Assembly: GCA_012838035.1 (NCBI GenBank)
Contig: DUQB01000116.1
Coordinates: 1-62,090 of the forward strand
Origin: Bacillota bacterium
GTDB taxonomy: Bacteria > Bacillota > Limnochordia > DTU080
Reading direction: 5' to 3'
DNA: 62,090 bases
Position numbers and translations under genes: made by a program. Below are positions 10,769-22,782 of the stretch, piece by piece. The notes below the pieces were generated by a model. The model made no database searches. It was not told the origin of the DNA and was given only the letters and a program-made list of their open reading frames with translations. Position 1 is the stretch's first letter. Each line of letters opens with the position of its first letter.

Positions 10769-12319
10769 TTACTGCTCCCAACCACTCAATGCGGTGGGTA
10801 TATGTGTCAGCAAGTCGCCGGCTATCAAACCGGCGCTGCCTTTTTCGGCGGCCAAGTCGCCGCTGACGCCATGGAAATAGACGCCGGCGGCTGCGGCATG
10901 TTCCGGTGAATAGCCTTGCGCCAGTAACCCGGCGATGACACCGGTGAGCACATCGCCGCTACCGCCGGTAGCCATGCCCGCATTACCCGTGCTGTTGATA
11001 TACAGCGGCATATCGGGTCCGCTTACTAGTGTGGGCACACCTTTCAGAACAACCGTGCACTGCCAACGCTCCACTAGTTTCTCCAGTGCGGCGACACGAT
11101 CGTATTCTACAGCAGCTGCGGTACACCCCAGGAGCCTAGCTGCTTCCCCCGGATGCGGCGTTAATACCCAAGGCCGTCGGATCTCCCTTGAGAAGGCAGC
11201 CGATTCGGCAGCCAAGACGTATAAAGCATCGGCGTCCACCACGGTGGGTAAGCCGCACTCGGCCAATGTAGAGCTTACAAAGGCCATTGTCTCCGGTTGA
11301 CGTCCCAAACCAGGTCCAATGGCCAAGACCGTACATGTAGCCAGTTGCTCCTGCAGAGGTTCCCGCGCTTGCAGCGTGAGCACACCGGGTGCCTTGTCCG
11401 GCAAACCGAGCGTCATGCTTTCGGTCACCTTTTGCGCCATCACCGACCATAATCGTTCGGGACCAGCCCAGACGGCCAAACCCGCGCCGCTTCGCAATGC
11501 CGCCTGTACCGTCAGAGCACCAGCTCCCATCATGCCGGCTGAACCTGCAACTACCATCACTTTCCCATAGGCGCCCTTATGGGAATTGGCTAAACGCTTG
11601 CGACTCCAGGAACAAACCAAATCTTCGGTGAGCTGATAGCGAAGCGGCCATGTCGCTTCTCGCCAAGCGAGATGATCCTTAGTGAAACCGATGCTTGCAA
11701 CTGCCAATATACCGACATAAGCGGCTCCAGGATAGAGCAGTAGTCCCAGTTTTGGTAAGCCGATGGTAACCGTACGCTGCGCCTGCATGGCGACGCCGCA
11801 TATCAGCCCTGTATTGCAGTCTATTCCGGACGGAGCATCGACCGCTAAAACCGGTTTGCCGAGTTTATTTACGGCAGAGATGAGTGCCGCCATAGGTTGG
11901 CGGACCTCGCCTTGCGCCCCGGTACCGAGCAATGCATCGATTAGTAGGTCCATCATGTTCAAAGTCTCGACCAAGTCGGCCGCTACTTGCCGGACAACTA
12001 CGATATCACCGCCGCTCTGTCGCCATGTCTGCGCGAAAGCGGCCGCTTCGCCGCTTAAACGAGCCGGATCCCCCACGAGAAATACACGGACGGGTATGTC
12101 CCATCGTCGTAAGTAGCGAGCGGCTACAAATCCGTCGCCTCCGTTGTTCCCTGTACCGCACAATATGCCTACACGACGTCCTGATAACTCCGAGAGCCAC
12201 TGCCGCGCCGCACAGGCGATACGGTAGCCGGCCATCTCCATCAAAGCCGCCCCCGGCATGCCGGATGCAATGGCGTAGCGATCTATCGCCAGCATTTCCG
12301 TTCCCGTCACAACGCGCAA
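10769..12319 (-). CDS. nnr: Bifunctional NAD(P)H-hydrate epimerase/dehydratase (YjeF)
   Basis: LMEMAG, GNNGGDG, HKGAYG, TPHPGE and ATGGSGDVL motifs. Confidence 0.93.
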   Translation of the reverse strand: MRVVTGTEMLAIDRYAIASGMPGAALMEMAGYRIACAARQWLSELSGRRVGILCGTGNNGGDGFVAARYLRRWDIPVRVFLVGDPARLSGEAAAFAQTWRQSGGDIVVVRQVAADLVETLNMMDLLIDALLGTGAQGEVRQPMAALISAVNKLGKPVLAVDAPSGIDCNTGLICGVAMQAQRTVTIGLPKLGLLLYPGAAYVGILAVASIGFTKDHLAWREATWPLRYQLTEDLVCSWSRKRLANSHKGAYGKVMVVAGSAGMMGAGALTVQAALRSGAGLAVWAGPERLWSVMAQKVTESMTLGLPDKAPGVLTLQAREPLQEQLATCTVLAIGPGLGRQPETMAFVSSTLAECGLPTVVDADALYVLAAESAAFSREIRRPWVLTPHPGEAARLLGCTAAAVEYDRVAALEKLVERWQCTVVLKGVPTLVSGPDMPLYINSTGNAGMATGGSGDVLTGVIAGLLAQGYSPEHAAAAGVYFHGVSGDLAAEKGSAGLIAGDLLTHIPTALSGWEQ

Positions 12320-12714
12320 AACGCGGTCACCTCCGGGTGTAACTCACTATCAGCTACCACAACGGCGGCGGCAACTTCCATGGCGTGGGTTAAGCTGAGA
12401 TGCAAAGCGGCAATGCCTTGCCGTTTGGCAATGGCGCACGCTGTGCCGTGTAGACGGATGTGTGGACGACCACCTGTGCTGACTATCTCAATATCCCGCC
12501 AGGTGACTCCCTGCGCCCAACCTGTACCTAACACCTTCATAACCGCTTCTTTGGCTGCAAAACGCGCCGCCAGGCGTTCAGTCGAACCACCAGGGGAGTA
12601 TACCGCCAACTCTCCGCTAGTGAAGACTCTTCGTAAGAAGCGGTCGCCATATCGCGCAACGGCATTTTGCATGCGCTGAATATCCACCAAGTCAATACCT
12701 ACGCCTAGGATCAT
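12307..12714 (-). CDS. acpS: Holo-ACP synthase
   Basis: GVGIDLV, RFAAKEA and LSLTH motifs. Confidence 0.93.
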   Translation of the reverse strand: MILGVGIDLVDIQRMQNAVARYGDRFLRRVFTSGELAVYSPGGSTERLAARFAAKEAVMKVLGTGWAQGVTWRDIEIVSTGGRPHIRLHGTACAIAKRQGIAALHLSLTHAMEVAAAVVVADSELHPEVTAFCAL

Positions 12715-12753
12715 GATGACACTCCCAATACCCGTCCGGCGTGCTAACCGCGC

Positions 12754-14073
12754 CTAGCCCAATTCCGCCGCTATTACGGCGGCTACGTCTCTGGCAATCT
12801 CTTCTACTTGTCTGCCGTCAAGGCCTTCCACCAGTACCCGTAACAATGGCTCCGTACCTGATGCGCGCACGAACAAGCGTCCTTGCTCACCCAACAGCGC
12901 TTGTTTGGCTGCGATTTCCGCCTGGATAACCGCATTATCCACCCAGTTTTTATTTCCCACCCGAACACTCAACAACTGCTGCGGAACAGGTTGCATTATT
13001 TCCGCCAAAGCGGACAGCTTTTGCCCCGTACGTTTCATGATCGACAACAGTTGCAGCGCCGTAAGGATGCCGTCGCCGGTGGTCGCATGCTGTAGAAAAA
13101 TGATGTGACCGGATTGCTCCCCGCCTAACGTATAACCGTGTACACGCATCTTTTCTAGTACATAGCGGTCACCAGCTTGCGTCGTCACCAGTCTGCCGCC
13201 TTCTTTGCGCAATGCTAACTCTAATCCTAAATTGCTGTACTGCGTAGCTACGACGGTGTTGTGCGGCAGCGTTCCGGCGCGGAGCAAATCGACGCCGCAT
13301 ATCGCCAGTATAACGTCTCCGTTGACTATGCGCCCCCGTTCATCGACGGCTATAACCCGATCGGCATCGCCGTCAAAGGCTATTCCCACATCCGCCTGGT
13401 AAGCAAGCACGGCTTCCTTCACCTGCTCCGGATGGGTTGAGCCACAGTTAACATTGATGTTCACTCCGTTGGGGACCGCGTTGATGACCTCAACATCAGC
13501 GCCTAGGCGCTCAAACACATAGGGCGCGATATGATAGGCCGCTCCGGCGGCGCAGTCAACCACCAGCTTAAAACCGTCCAACGGCGCACCGGCGCTTATA
13601 AGCGCCTGAGCATACTGCAACCAAGCGTCTTCCTCACGGTTGATCCTCCCGACGCCTGCTCCTACAGGCAGCGGTAATGTTTCTCCCAAAGAAGCCTCGA
13701 TCTGCGTTTCCACTTCGTCCGACAGCTTATATCCGTCGCCGGAAAAAAATTTGATCCCGTTATCGGCCACGGGATTATGAGAAGCCGAAATGACGACACC
13801 GGCCTCAACGCCAAAACGGCGCGTAAGATACGCCACTGCAGGTGTGGGTACTACACCTAAAAGAATGGCTTCCGCACCGGTGGAAGCAATACCGGCCACC
13901 AACGCTGCCTCCAGCATATCTCCCGAAATACGGGTATCGCGACCGACCAAGATGCTGCCTCTACCGTCCGTGAGCGCTTGCGCTCCGGCTCTGCCTAACT
14001 GCAAAGCCAATTCGGCTGTAAGTACGCTGTTAGCTACGCCGCGTACTCCATCGGTACCAAAAAGACGGTCCAT
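12754..14073 (-). CDS. glmM: Phosphoglucosamine mutase
   Basis: FGTDGVRG, ISASHNP, DGDADR, GGEQSGH and RASGTEP motifs; follows cdaAR. Confidence 0.95.
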   Translation of the reverse strand: MDRLFGTDGVRGVANSVLTAELALQLGRAGAQALTDGRGSILVGRDTRISGDMLEAALVAGIASTGAEAILLGVVPTPAVAYLTRRFGVEAGVVISASHNPVADNGIKFFSGDGYKLSDEVETQIEASLGETLPLPVGAGVGRINREEDAWLQYAQALISAGAPLDGFKLVVDCAAGAAYHIAPYVFERLGADVEVINAVPNGVNINVNCGSTHPEQVKEAVLAYQADVGIAFDGDADRVIAVDERGRIVNGDVILAICGVDLLRAGTLPHNTVVATQYSNLGLELALRKEGGRLVTTQAGDRYVLEKMRVHGYTLGGEQSGHIIFLQHATTGDGILTALQLLSIMKRTGQKLSALAEIMQPVPQQLLSVRVGNKNWVDNAVIQAEIAAKQALLGEQGRLFVRASGTEPLLRVLVEGLDGRQVEEIARDVAAVIAAELG

Positions 14074-14175
14074 CAGTATAGCCCTCCCAACAAAACGAAT
14101 TGAGATCGGGTGCCAATAGTCTAGTCGCTAGTTAGCTTTCGTTGACAGGGCATGATTATACGCTACGCTAATATG

Positions 14176-14901
14176 CTAAGGCAGCTCCACGTCGTGCGCT
14201 TCCGACTCGGCATCAGCCGTGTCGGTCTCGTTCACAGCAGTGTCGACCGCGCCGAACGAGAAGATGACCTTTACCTGGTTGGGTATTACAGTAACGCCTG
14301 TGATCTCCGTTCCTTCCACGTCGATGGGACGCAACATTACTGGAACAGATTGATCGGATAATGCCGGTGAATACTGTATCATCGCTAATACGCGCCGTAC
14401 CGCGTTGATACGGCTTTCCCCGCCGATGAGCCGCACTGTCGCGGGCTCAGGAGTATGCACGGAAACGCTCTCGCCGGGTGGAAAGCCTATGAGGGCCAAC
14501 TCTACGGCATACTCCCGCGCAATCTCGTTCTCCAAGCGCACCGTTATCCGTTCCGGGTTGATTTGTACCACGCCGTACTTCGCGGGAACAGCCACATCCA
14601 CACGGATGTTGTGCTCACCTGCAGGCAAATTCGTCATGTCCAACGTGGCGTTCAACTCATCAGGCACATCTGCGCCGCTGGGAATACGAATACGCACTTG
14701 CGCAAAGCCCGGATCCGTCAGTGCCACCAACCCTTCGCCTACGCCTTTCAAACTGACGCGAGCATTCACTACCCGCTCTTCCAGATTAGTGGAACGAGTG
14801 TTGTCGTCGCTTGCGGCTACGAACCATAAGGCCACGGCGATCACCAAAGCGAGGGTGCGCATCCCCATGTCGGGAGGCAACTGCCATTTCATCTTGCCCA
14901 C
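14176..14901 (-). CDS. cdaR: CdaR/YbbR-like regulator of diadenylate cyclase
   Basis: N-terminal TM segment (LALVIAVALWFV) plus two YbbR-like repeats; lies between cdaA and glmM. Confidence 0.8.
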   Translation of the reverse strand: MGKMKWQLPPDMGMRTLALVIAVALWFVAASDDNTRSTNLEERVVNARVSLKGVGEGLVALTDPGFAQVRIRIPSGADVPDELNATLDMTNLPAGEHNIRVDVAVPAKYGVVQINPERITVRLENEIAREYAVELALIGFPPGESVSVHTPEPATVRLIGGESRINAVRRVLAMIQYSPALSDQSVPVMLRPIDVEGTEITGVTVIPNQVKVIFSFGAVDTAVNETDTADAESEAHDVELP

Positions 14902-15668
14902 CCCTTTAGAAACGTAGGCGCATGCTCATACATTCCCGCCAGCGCCTGCCGCAGGTCGTTCTCAGCCAGATCGCGGCGTAAATCGGTACCCATCGCCAGC
15001 GACACGATCCCTGTCTCCTCGGATACGACTAGTACCAAAGCGTCCGACAGCTCCGCGACTCCTAACGCCGCACGGTGTCGCGTACCCAATGTGGAGGGCA
15101 GAGCGGTTTTGTCCGTGAGTGGCAGAAAACAACCGGCTGCCGTTACTCGGTTGCCGCGAATGATCACTGCGCCGTCGTGTAACGGCGTATTCGGATGAAA
15201 GATATTCAGCAGCAGCTCTGTGGATACTGCGCCTTCTATTCTTACTCCGGACTCTATGTACTCCTCTAAACCTACCTCGCGCTCAAAAACGATTAAAGCG
15301 CCGGTGTGGGACTTTGAGAGCAGACGTACGGTCCGCACGATGGTGTCGATGAGATCTTCCACGTCTTCTTTGCCCAGAGGGGATAAACGCGAGAATAGTT
15401 GCCCGCGCCCCAGATGTTCTAGAGCGCGACGCAACTCCGGATAAAAAACGATCGGCAGAGCGACGAGCACCACCGTGGTGCCCTGGTTGAGAATCCACGC
15501 GATAGTACGCAGACCGGCGACCCGAGAGACGGCGTTGTCTACAAAGAGAATGCCGAGCCCTTTAATAATACTGGTGGCACGCGTCCCGCGGATAAGGAGC
15601 ATTAGGCGGTATACCACATAACCGACTATGATAATGTCAAGCGCATCGATGGTACTGAACTCCGGCAT
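14889..15668 (-). CDS. cdaA: Diadenylate cyclase CdaA
   Basis: Three N-terminal TM helices; PLHDGA, GTRHRAA and VSEETG motifs. Confidence 0.94.
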   Translation of the reverse strand: MPEFSTIDALDIIIVGYVVYRLMLLIRGTRATSIIKGLGILFVDNAVSRVAGLRTIAWILNQGTTVVLVALPIVFYPELRRALEHLGRGQLFSRLSPLGKEDVEDLIDTIVRTVRLLSKSHTGALIVFEREVGLEEYIESGVRIEGAVSTELLLNIFHPNTPLHDGAVIIRGNRVTAAGCFLPLTDKTALPSTLGTRHRAALGVAELSDALVLVVSEETGIVSLAMGTDLRRDLAENDLRQALAGMYEHAPTFLKGWAR

Positions 15669-15811
15669 CCATTCTTCCCCACAGTATAAGCTGCCTGGTA
15701 ATGAGTATGGAGCTTAATGCAGCTAATATCAGACGTAGCCTACTTCATCATTAGTTGTATGGGAACGACGGTTGATGGCGCTCCGTTTGCGTGCGGCTCC
15801 ACCAGTTGCCC

Positions 15812-17416
15812 TTAGTCTTTTGTTGCAACGAGTTGCGCCTGGGGTTTTGCCTCACACATCATCAGGCCGTACTCGATGGAATCGACTAAAGCTCGCCAAC
15901 TAGCTTCGATAATGTTGGCGGATACTCCGACTGTGCTCCAGGATCGGCCATGCGCCGCAGATTCTACCAATACGCGTACGCGCGCTTCAGTTCCCGCCTT
16001 TTCTTCGAGGACACGCACCTTGTAGTCAATCAGTTGCATCTCTTTAATAATAGGATACTGCTCTTCAAGTGCCTTACGCAAGGCCAGATCGAGTGCATTT
16101 ACGGGGCCAAGTCCGTCTGCAACAGTGTGAACTACGGTATCGCCGATGCGGATTTTTATGGAAGCCTCCGCCATGGGGTTGTCGTCCGGGCTGCGTTTAT
16201 CGATGATCAACCTAAAGCCGATGAGTTCGAAGTAGGGAACAAAAAGACCTACGGCTTTCTTCAACAGCAGTTCGAATGATCCTTCGGCGCCGTCAAAAGT
16301 ATAACCCTCATGCTCCAACTCTTTTACCGCTGTAAGCACCTGCATTAAGGCCGGTGACCCTTTTTGCAGCTCTATACCGTACTCTTTCGCCTTATAGATG
16401 ACATTGCTTGCGCCGGATAGTTCACTTACCAGCACGCGACGCCTATTGCCAACCAATTCCGGCGCCATATGTTCATACGTTTCGGGATGATGTAAAAGTG
16501 CGGAGACGTGAATGCCGGCTTTGTGTGCGAAAACGCTGTCGCCTACGAAAGGACGGCGACTGTCGGGGCTAATGTTTGCCAATTCATCGACGTATCGGCT
16601 TACCTTGGTCGTGACGCGCACATCGGCATTACAGCGGACACCCAATTTTAACACGAGGTTTGGAATGATCTGGCACAGATCCGCATTTCCCGAGCGTTCG
16701 CCATAGCCGTTAATGGTTCCTTGAACATGGCCGGCCCCGACCTTCACGGCCATCAGCGCATTGGCCACGCCGACGCCGCAATCGTTGTGGGTATGGATAC
16801 CGACAGGAGCCCCGGTAGCCTGAATAACCATCTGTGTAACCTCTTGGATTACGTGAGGCAAACAACCGCCGTTCGTATCGCAAAGGACGATCCTCGCTGC
16901 TCCGCCTGCCAGGGCGGCTTTCAACGTCTCCAGGGCATATGCGGGATCCGCCTTGTACCCGTCGAAGAAGTGCTCCGCGTCGTAAATGACGGCTAATCCG
17001 TGACTGCGTAGATAGGCCACGCTTTCGGTGATCATACGCAAATTTTCATCCAGCGTAGTGCGCAATGCCTCTCGTACGTGGAAGTCCCAGCTCTTACCGA
17101 AAATTGTGGCCGTACTTACTCCCGAGGCGATGAGCGCGGCCAAGTTCGCATCGTCCTCCACCGCGAGATTCGCCCGCCGCGTGCTACCGAAAGCCGTCAG
17201 CTTGGTATGCTCCAGTTGCAGATCGCGAGCGCGCTTAAAGAACTCGGCATCCTTTGGATTTGACCCGGGCCAACCTCCTTCTACAAAATCGATACCGTAC
17301 TGATCAAGGCGCTTGACTAACTTCAGCTTGTCGTCGACCGACAGCGATACTCCTTCACCTTGGGTACCATCTCGTAAGGTCGTATCATACAACTCCACAA
17401 AATGCATTGGGGTCAT
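15812..17416 (-). CDS. cimA: Citramalate synthase (LeuA-related)
   Basis: [39 protein letters not shown] and HKAGIHVSA motifs. Confidence 0.9.
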   Translation of the reverse strand: MTPMHFVELYDTTLRDGTQGEGVSLSVDDKLKLVKRLDQYGIDFVEGGWPGSNPKDAEFFKRARDLQLEHTKLTAFGSTRRANLAVEDDANLAALIASGVSTATIFGKSWDFHVREALRTTLDENLRMITESVAYLRSHGLAVIYDAEHFFDGYKADPAYALETLKAALAGGAARIVLCDTNGGCLPHVIQEVTQMVIQATGAPVGIHTHNDCGVGVANALMAVKVGAGHVQGTINGYGERSGNADLCQIIPNLVLKLGVRCNADVRVTTKVSRYVDELANISPDSRRPFVGDSVFAHKAGIHVSALLHHPETYEHMAPELVGNRRRVLVSELSGASNVIYKAKEYGIELQKGSPALMQVLTAVKELEHEGYTFDGAEGSFELLLKKAVGLFVPYFELIGFRLIIDKRSPDDNPMAEASIKIRIGDTVVHTVADGLGPVNALDLALRKALEEQYPIIKEMQLIDYKVRVLEEKAGTEARVRVLVESAAHGRSWSTVGVSANIIEASWRALVDSIEYGLMMCEAKPQAQLVATKD

Positions 17417-18939
17417 CCTTCCGGTTGAGCGCTTTTACGAGCTTGTATCATTTTGTTGATGGCTTGCAGATAGGCGCGCACGCTGGCTTCAATGACGTCC
17501 GTGCTGGTACCGCGCCCGGCGTAAAGATGCCCATTATCGCGCACTTGCACAGTCACTTCGCCAAGCGCGTCCTTCCCGCCGGTAACCGCGCCTAAGGCAT
17601 AGCTGACCAAATGCGTTTCGATCTGCGTCACCCGATCGATCGCCTTATAGCAAGCATCAACCGGTCCATCGCCACAGGCGGCTTCCTGCAGTACATCCGC
17701 GCCGTGCCGCACGCGTACCGTGGCTGTCGGAACCATGGAACTGCCGGTGGTTACTGCCAGGTACTCCAAAGCGAACTCCTCTTCCACCTGCACGATTTGT
17801 TCATCGACAATCGCTTCCAAATCGCGATCGGTGATGGTTTTCTTCCGATCACACAGACTGATGAAACGCTCGTAGGCTTTCTCCGCATCGGCATCACCGA
17901 GGTTGTACCCCAGCTCGATTAAGCGCTGCCTAAAGGCATGTCGTCCGGAGTGTTTTCCCAAAACCAAGCGGCCTTGACTCAATCCAATCGACTCCGGCGT
18001 AATGATCTCATAGGTGCTGCGTTCCTTCAGCACCCCGTCCTGATGGATACCGGATTCGTGCGCAAAGGCGTTTTCGCCCACGATGGCCTTATTAGGCTGT
18101 ATGGCCACTCCGGTAAGCGTGCTTACCAAGCGGCTTGTGCGAGCGATCTGTTCGGTCACAATGTTGGTGCGAGCCTGATACACATCTCCGCGCGTAGCCA
18201 AAGCCATGACGATCTCTTCCAGCGCGGCGTTACCGGCACGTTCACCTAAGCCGTTTATCGTACACTCCACCTGAGTGGCGCCGGCCATGACCGCAGCCAG
18301 AGAATTGGCTGTCGCCATACCTAAGTCGTCATGGCAGTGGACGCTGATCACCGCTTTCTCAATACCCGGAGTGTTTTCGAGAATATAGGCGATTAGGCGA
18401 CTATACTCCACAGGCGTCGTGTAACCGACCGTATCGGGAATGTTTATCGTTCCGGCACCGGCGGCGATCGCCGCGGCGTACACCTCACAAAGGAAGTCCC
18501 AGTCTGAACGCGTGGCATCTTCCGCAGAAAATTCCACATCCGAGACTAAAGAGGCGGCCAAACGCACCGCATTCCGCGTCATCTTGAGAACTTCCGCAGG
18601 AGTTTTGCGCAGCTTATACCGCATATGAATCGGTGATGCGGCGATGAATGTGTGAATGCGTTTCCGCTTGGCTCCGGCTACAGCTTTGGCCGCCAGTTCA
18701 ATGTCACCGGCGACGGCGCGGGCCAAGGCGGTGATTATCGGCCCCTGAACGTTATCGGCGATCTCTTTTACTGCGGCAAAATCACCGGGAGAAGCCTTAG
18801 GAAAACCGGCTTCAATGGCGTCTACTCCCAATTGAGCCAGCTGTTTGGCTATTTGTAGCTTCTCATGGACGTTGAGATTGACTCCGGGCGACTGCTCTCC
18901 GTCGCGCAGCGTTGTATCAAAGATGATTATGTCACGCAT
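17413..18939 (-). CDS. leuA: 2-isopropylmalate synthase
   Basis: [25 protein letters not shown] and [10 protein letters not shown] motifs, plus the regulatory domain. Confidence 0.95.
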   Translation of the reverse strand: MRDIIIFDTTLRDGEQSPGVNLNVHEKLQIAKQLAQLGVDAIEAGFPKASPGDFAAVKEIADNVQGPIITALARAVAGDIELAAKAVAGAKRKRIHTFIAASPIHMRYKLRKTPAEVLKMTRNAVRLAASLVSDVEFSAEDATRSDWDFLCEVYAAAIAAGAGTINIPDTVGYTTPVEYSRLIAYILENTPGIEKAVISVHCHDDLGMATANSLAAVMAGATQVECTINGLGERAGNAALEEIVMALATRGDVYQARTNIVTEQIARTSRLVSTLTGVAIQPNKAIVGENAFAHESGIHQDGVLKERSTYEIITPESIGLSQGRLVLGKHSGRHAFRQRLIELGYNLGDADAEKAYERFISLCDRKKTITDRDLEAIVDEQIVQVEEEFALEYLAVTTGSSMVPTATVRVRHGADVLQEAACGDGPVDACYKAIDRVTQIETHLVSYALGAVTGGKDALGEVTVQVRDNGHLYAGRGTSTDVIEASVRAYLQAINKMIQARKSAQPEG

Positions 18940-19067
18940 CGGGGATCACTCCTGTTCGCTGAAGCATACGCGCGGCGCTTTGATGCAACCGGCGCTGCAT
19001 GTGTCGCTGTTTCCAGACCCACGCCGCGCCGGTAGGTTGCGCTGCATATCGTTCGTTGCTTTATCTT

Positions 19068-20081
19068 CTAGTTGCCGCGGGGATCGTGTTTATCCTGAAT
19101 CCAAGGCATCATGCCGCGCAGCTTTTTGCCCACTTCCTCAATAAGGTGACCGTCGGCTTTTTTGCGCATCGCATTGAAGCTGGGACGACCGGCTTTGTTC
19201 TCCAGAATCCATTCCCGTGCGAACTCCCCGGACTGGATACGCTCCAGGGCTTCGCGCATGGTTGCCTTTGACTGCTCCGTAACGATCTTCTTACCGACTA
19301 CGTAATCGCCGTACTCAGCAGTATCACTGATCGAATAGTGCATATAACCGATGCCGCCTTCATACATCAGGTCGACAATCAGCTTCAGCTCATGTAAACA
19401 CTCGAAGTAGGCGACTTCCGGCTGGTACCCCGCCTCTACCAGCGTATCGAAACCGGCACGTACCAATTCGGTTACGCCGCCGCACAACACGCACTGCTCA
19501 CCGAAGAGATCCGTCTCGGTCTCTTCCCGGAAGGTGGTTTCCAACACCCCGGCGCGTGTAGAACCGATTCCCTTGGCATACGCTAAGGCAATCCGCTTGG
19601 CCTGCCCACTGGCATCCTGGTATACGGCAACCAGAGCCGGAACGCCCTTGCCCTCCGCATACATACGTCGCACCAAATGCCCCGGGCTCTTGGGAGCGAC
19701 CATAAAGACATCGATGTTCTCCGGAGGCACGATCTGGGTAAAGTGGATGTTGAACCCATGGGCGAAAGCCAGCGCCTTACCGGCGGTCAGATTAGGTTGA
19801 ACATCGTTTTCATATACGGCCTTGGCCACTTCGTCCGGAACCAACATCATAATGATGTCGGCCGCCTTGGCTGCTTCAGCAGCTGATACCGGATTAAAGC
19901 CATCGGCCACCGCTTGTTTGTAGTTGCGACTACCGGGGCGATTGGCGACAATCACGTTTACCCCGCTCTCCTTCAGGTTCTGAGCATGAGCGTGTCCTTG
20001 GCTGCCATAACCGATAATCGCCACAGTCTTACCTGCCAACACACCCAAATCCGCATCCTGATCATAGTACATCTTTGCCAT
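19068..20081 (-). CDS. ilvC: Ketol-acid reductoisomerase
   Basis: [20 protein letters not shown] and SISDTAEYG motifs. Confidence 0.96.
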   Translation of the reverse strand: MAKMYYDQDADLGVLAGKTVAIIGYGSQGHAHAQNLKESGVNVIVANRPGSRNYKQAVADGFNPVSAAEAAKAADIIMMLVPDEVAKAVYENDVQPNLTAGKALAFAHGFNIHFTQIVPPENIDVFMVAPKSPGHLVRRMYAEGKGVPALVAVYQDASGQAKRIALAYAKGIGSTRAGVLETTFREETETDLFGEQCVLCGGVTELVRAGFDTLVEAGYQPEVAYFECLHELKLIVDLMYEGGIGYMHYSISDTAEYGDYVVGKKIVTEQSKATMREALERIQSGEFAREWILENKAGRPSFNAMRKKADGHLIEEVGKKLRGMMPWIQDKHDPRGN

Positions 20082-20107
20082 TGATACTCGCTCCTTTATA
20101 GAATTAC

Positions 20108-20623
20108 TTAAGCTGATGCAATGCGCCGCGACGGAATCGATTGCGGTTTGGAACCGCGCACCATGGAGATTTTCCCTGTGCGCGTCAATTCCTTGATGCC
20201 GTAAGGTCGCAACAGTTGGATAATGGCTTCCAATTTTTGTTCGTCACCTACAATCTCGACCACCACGGACTTCTCGCTGACGTCCACGATGTGTGCACGG
20301 AAGATGTCCACGATCTGCAATATGTCCGATCGATTGCTCGTATCTGCGGCTACCTTGATCAGTGCCAACTCCCGGTCGACGGTGTCTTCTTGGGAGATAT
20401 CCGATACTTTGAGCACGTCGATCAGCTTGTGCACATTCTTGGTGATCTGCTCGACGATGTGTTCATCACCCTCAACCACAATCGTCATGCGTGATATATC
20501 GGGGTCTTCGGTAACGCCCACCGCGATACTCTCGATATTATATCCTCGCCGAGAGAATAAGCCCGCTACGCGTGCCAGCACTCCCGAGTGATTGTAGACC
20601 TGAATTGAGATGGTGTGTTTCAC
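20108..20623 (-). CDS. ilvN: Acetolactate synthase small subunit
   Basis: ACT domain [19 protein letters not shown] and RELALIKV. Confidence 0.95.
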   Translation of the reverse strand: MKHTISIQVYNHSGVLARVAGLFSRRGYNIESIAVGVTEDPDISRMTIVVEGDEHIVEQITKNVHKLIDVLKVSDISQEDTVDRELALIKVAADTSNRSDILQIVDIFRAHIVDVSEKSVVVEIVGDEQKLEAIIQLLRPYGIKELTRTGKISMVRGSKPQSIPSRRIASA

Positions 20624-22350
20624 GACTCCAACCTCCCTCGGATTCCGACCATGTCGCTGAGCGCTCCTCCTGCCGGCACCATAGGAAATACGTTGGCCTC
20701 CGGCACGACGTGAACATCAATCAGATAAGGACCGGACGTATTCTGGGCAGTGTGAACGGCTTCTTCCAACTGGGCTCGGTTCTTCACGGTAACGCCAGGT
20801 ACGCCGTGCGCTTCAGCCAGCTTGACGAAGTCGGGATTAGGCATCAGGTGCGAGTTGCTGTACCGCTGCCTAAAGAATAGTTCCTGCCATTGCCGCACCA
20901 TGCCTAGATAACTGTTGTTGATGATCATGATTTTAACCGGGATGTCATATGTCGCCGCCGTGCTCAACTCTTGAGCATTCATCTGAAAACTACCATCGCC
21001 GCAGACCGCCCATACTTCAGCATCCGGTTTGGCCACAGCGGCGCCGATGGCGGCCGGGAAGCCATAGCCCATGGTGCCTAACCCCCCGGAGGAGAGATGA
21101 TGTCGCGGGTTGTCAAATTTGTAGTATTGCGCAATCCACATCTGATGCTGCCATACGTCCCCTGCAACAACAGCTTTACCCGCCGTCTTCTTGTACAGCG
21201 TTTCGATTGCTTCCTGCGGCATTAATTCGCCGGTTTCAGGTTTGTCGTATGCCAGGGGGTACTCTTGCTTCCATTGCTCCACCTGAGTTAGCCAAGCATT
21301 GGCCGATTTAGGCGACACCTTCTCCAGCAGTACTTCGAGAACCGCCGCTACATCACCCACGATAGGAATGTCTACAGGTACGTTTTTACCTATCTCCGCC
21401 GGATCGATGTCGATATGAATGACCTTGGCGTTCGGAGCAAACTGATCCAACTTACCGGTGACTCTGTCGTCAAAGCGCGCTCCCACTGCGATGAGGAGAT
21501 CACATTCGCAGACCGCCCAGTTGGCCGCTACCGTGCCGTGCATGCCCAACATACCCAGGAATAAGCGATGCGTGCCTGGAAACGCTCCTAGGCCCATGAG
21601 CGTTGTTGTAACAGGAATGTTCGTTTTCTCGGCAAGTTGCGCCAGCAACTCGTGAGCCCCCGAAGCGACTGCTCCTCCGCCCACGTATAGCAGCGGTTTT
21701 TCCGCTGCGCTAATGGCGTATGCCGCCTCCAGAATTTGACGGATGTGGCCTTTGTAGGTCGGCTTGTAACCGGGAAGGTCTACGGTCTCCGGATACTCGT
21801 AGTCCACTTGCGCAATGGATATGTCTTTGGGTAAGTCCACCAGTACGGGGCCCGGGCGCCCTGTCGACGCAATGTGAAAAGCTTCTCTGATCACTTTAGG
21901 TAGGTCTTTGGCGCTGCGAACCAAGTAGTTGTGCTTTGTAACGGGTAGAGTAATGCCGGTAATATCGGCTTCTTGAAAAGCATCCGTACCCAACAGGCCT
22001 TGCGCCACATTACCTGTAAAAGCCACCATGGGGATGGAGTCCATGTAAGCAGTGGCAATACCGGTAACCAGGTTTGTGGCGCCTGGTCCCGACGTAGCCA
22101 AACATACGCCGGGACGACCGGTGGCCCGGGCGTATCCGTCTGCCGCATGCGCCGCGCCCTGTTCATGCCTTACCAGAATGTGTCGGATAGGCGCATCGTA
22201 TAAAGCATCGTAGATAGATAATACCGCTCCTCCGGGATAACCGAAGACGGTGTCCACGTCCGTATCGATCAAGGCTTGGACAAAAGCCTGAGCTCCCGTC
22301 ATGCGTTTGATTTTTCGACGCTCATCATCTTTGTTCAGCCTGATAGCCAT
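20620..22350 (-). CDS. ilvB: Acetolactate synthase large subunit
   Basis: [26 protein letters not shown] and GDGSFQMN motifs. Confidence 0.95.
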   Translation of the reverse strand: MAIRLNKDDERRKIKRMTGAQAFVQALIDTDVDTVFGYPGGAVLSIYDALYDAPIRHILVRHEQGAAHAADGYARATGRPGVCLATSGPGATNLVTGIATAYMDSIPMVAFTGNVAQGLLGTDAFQEADITGITLPVTKHNYLVRSAKDLPKVIREAFHIASTGRPGPVLVDLPKDISIAQVDYEYPETVDLPGYKPTYKGHIRQILEAAYAISAAEKPLLYVGGGAVASGAHELLAQLAEKTNIPVTTTLMGLGAFPGTHRLFLGMLGMHGTVAANWAVCECDLLIAVGARFDDRVTGKLDQFAPNAKVIHIDIDPAEIGKNVPVDIPIVGDVAAVLEVLLEKVSPKSANAWLTQVEQWKQEYPLAYDKPETGELMPQEAIETLYKKTAGKAVVAGDVWQHQMWIAQYYKFDNPRHHLSSGGLGTMGYGFPAAIGAAVAKPDAEVWAVCGDGSFQMNAQELSTAATYDIPVKIMIINNSYLGMVRQWQELFFRQRYSNSHLMPNPDFVKLAEAHGVPGVTVKNRAQLEEAVHTAQNTSGPYLIDVHVVPEANVFPMVPAGGALSDMVGIRGRLES

Positions 22351-22399
22351 TATGATGATCCTCCCTCGCCTCTGTCTAAAATGCGCATATACATTGAGT

Positions 22400-22730
22400 A
22401 AAAATAAAAGCCTTCTGCTCCCGAGACACCAACTCGGGGCGAAAGGCTTCGCGCTACCACCCGATTCACCGCATTCTTACGAAGTGCGGCCTTAGCAACG
22501 CTCACGAAGTACATGCGCAAAGTACATGGTACCTATGAGGTCAGCTTGATAACGGGCGCCAAAATGCTTTTAGCCCGGCGTAGTATACTCTGACGAATGA
22601 AATCGTCATTTCCACCAGCGGCTCAGGGGGGAGATTCAGCCATCCTGAGGGCATCGGCTTGCAGCAACCGCCGACTCTCTGGAGCACTCGTTTGGTATGG
22701 CCTACTAGCCCCGTCATCGCCTTTAGATAT
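22400..22730 (-). ncRNA. T-box riboswitch (Leu, CUC specifier) upstream of ilvB
   Basis: Minus strand: GGCGATGA GA-motif, AGTA, AGAGA, GCTG, GAA-T-CTC specifier (22633-22631), CCCGTTA, T-box AATCGGGTGGTAGCGCG (22466-22450), then a terminator with U-tract. Confidence 0.92.
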
Positions 22731-22753
22731 GCTCGCTAACGGATATTGCCAAT

Positions 22754-22782
22754 AGAATATCCGAGCATGCGACGCATGTCAA
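22754..22782 (-). promoter_or_regulatory. sigmaA promoter of the ilv-leu T-box leader
   Basis: TTGACA (22782-22777), 17-nt spacer, TATTCT (22759-22754). Confidence 0.7.
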
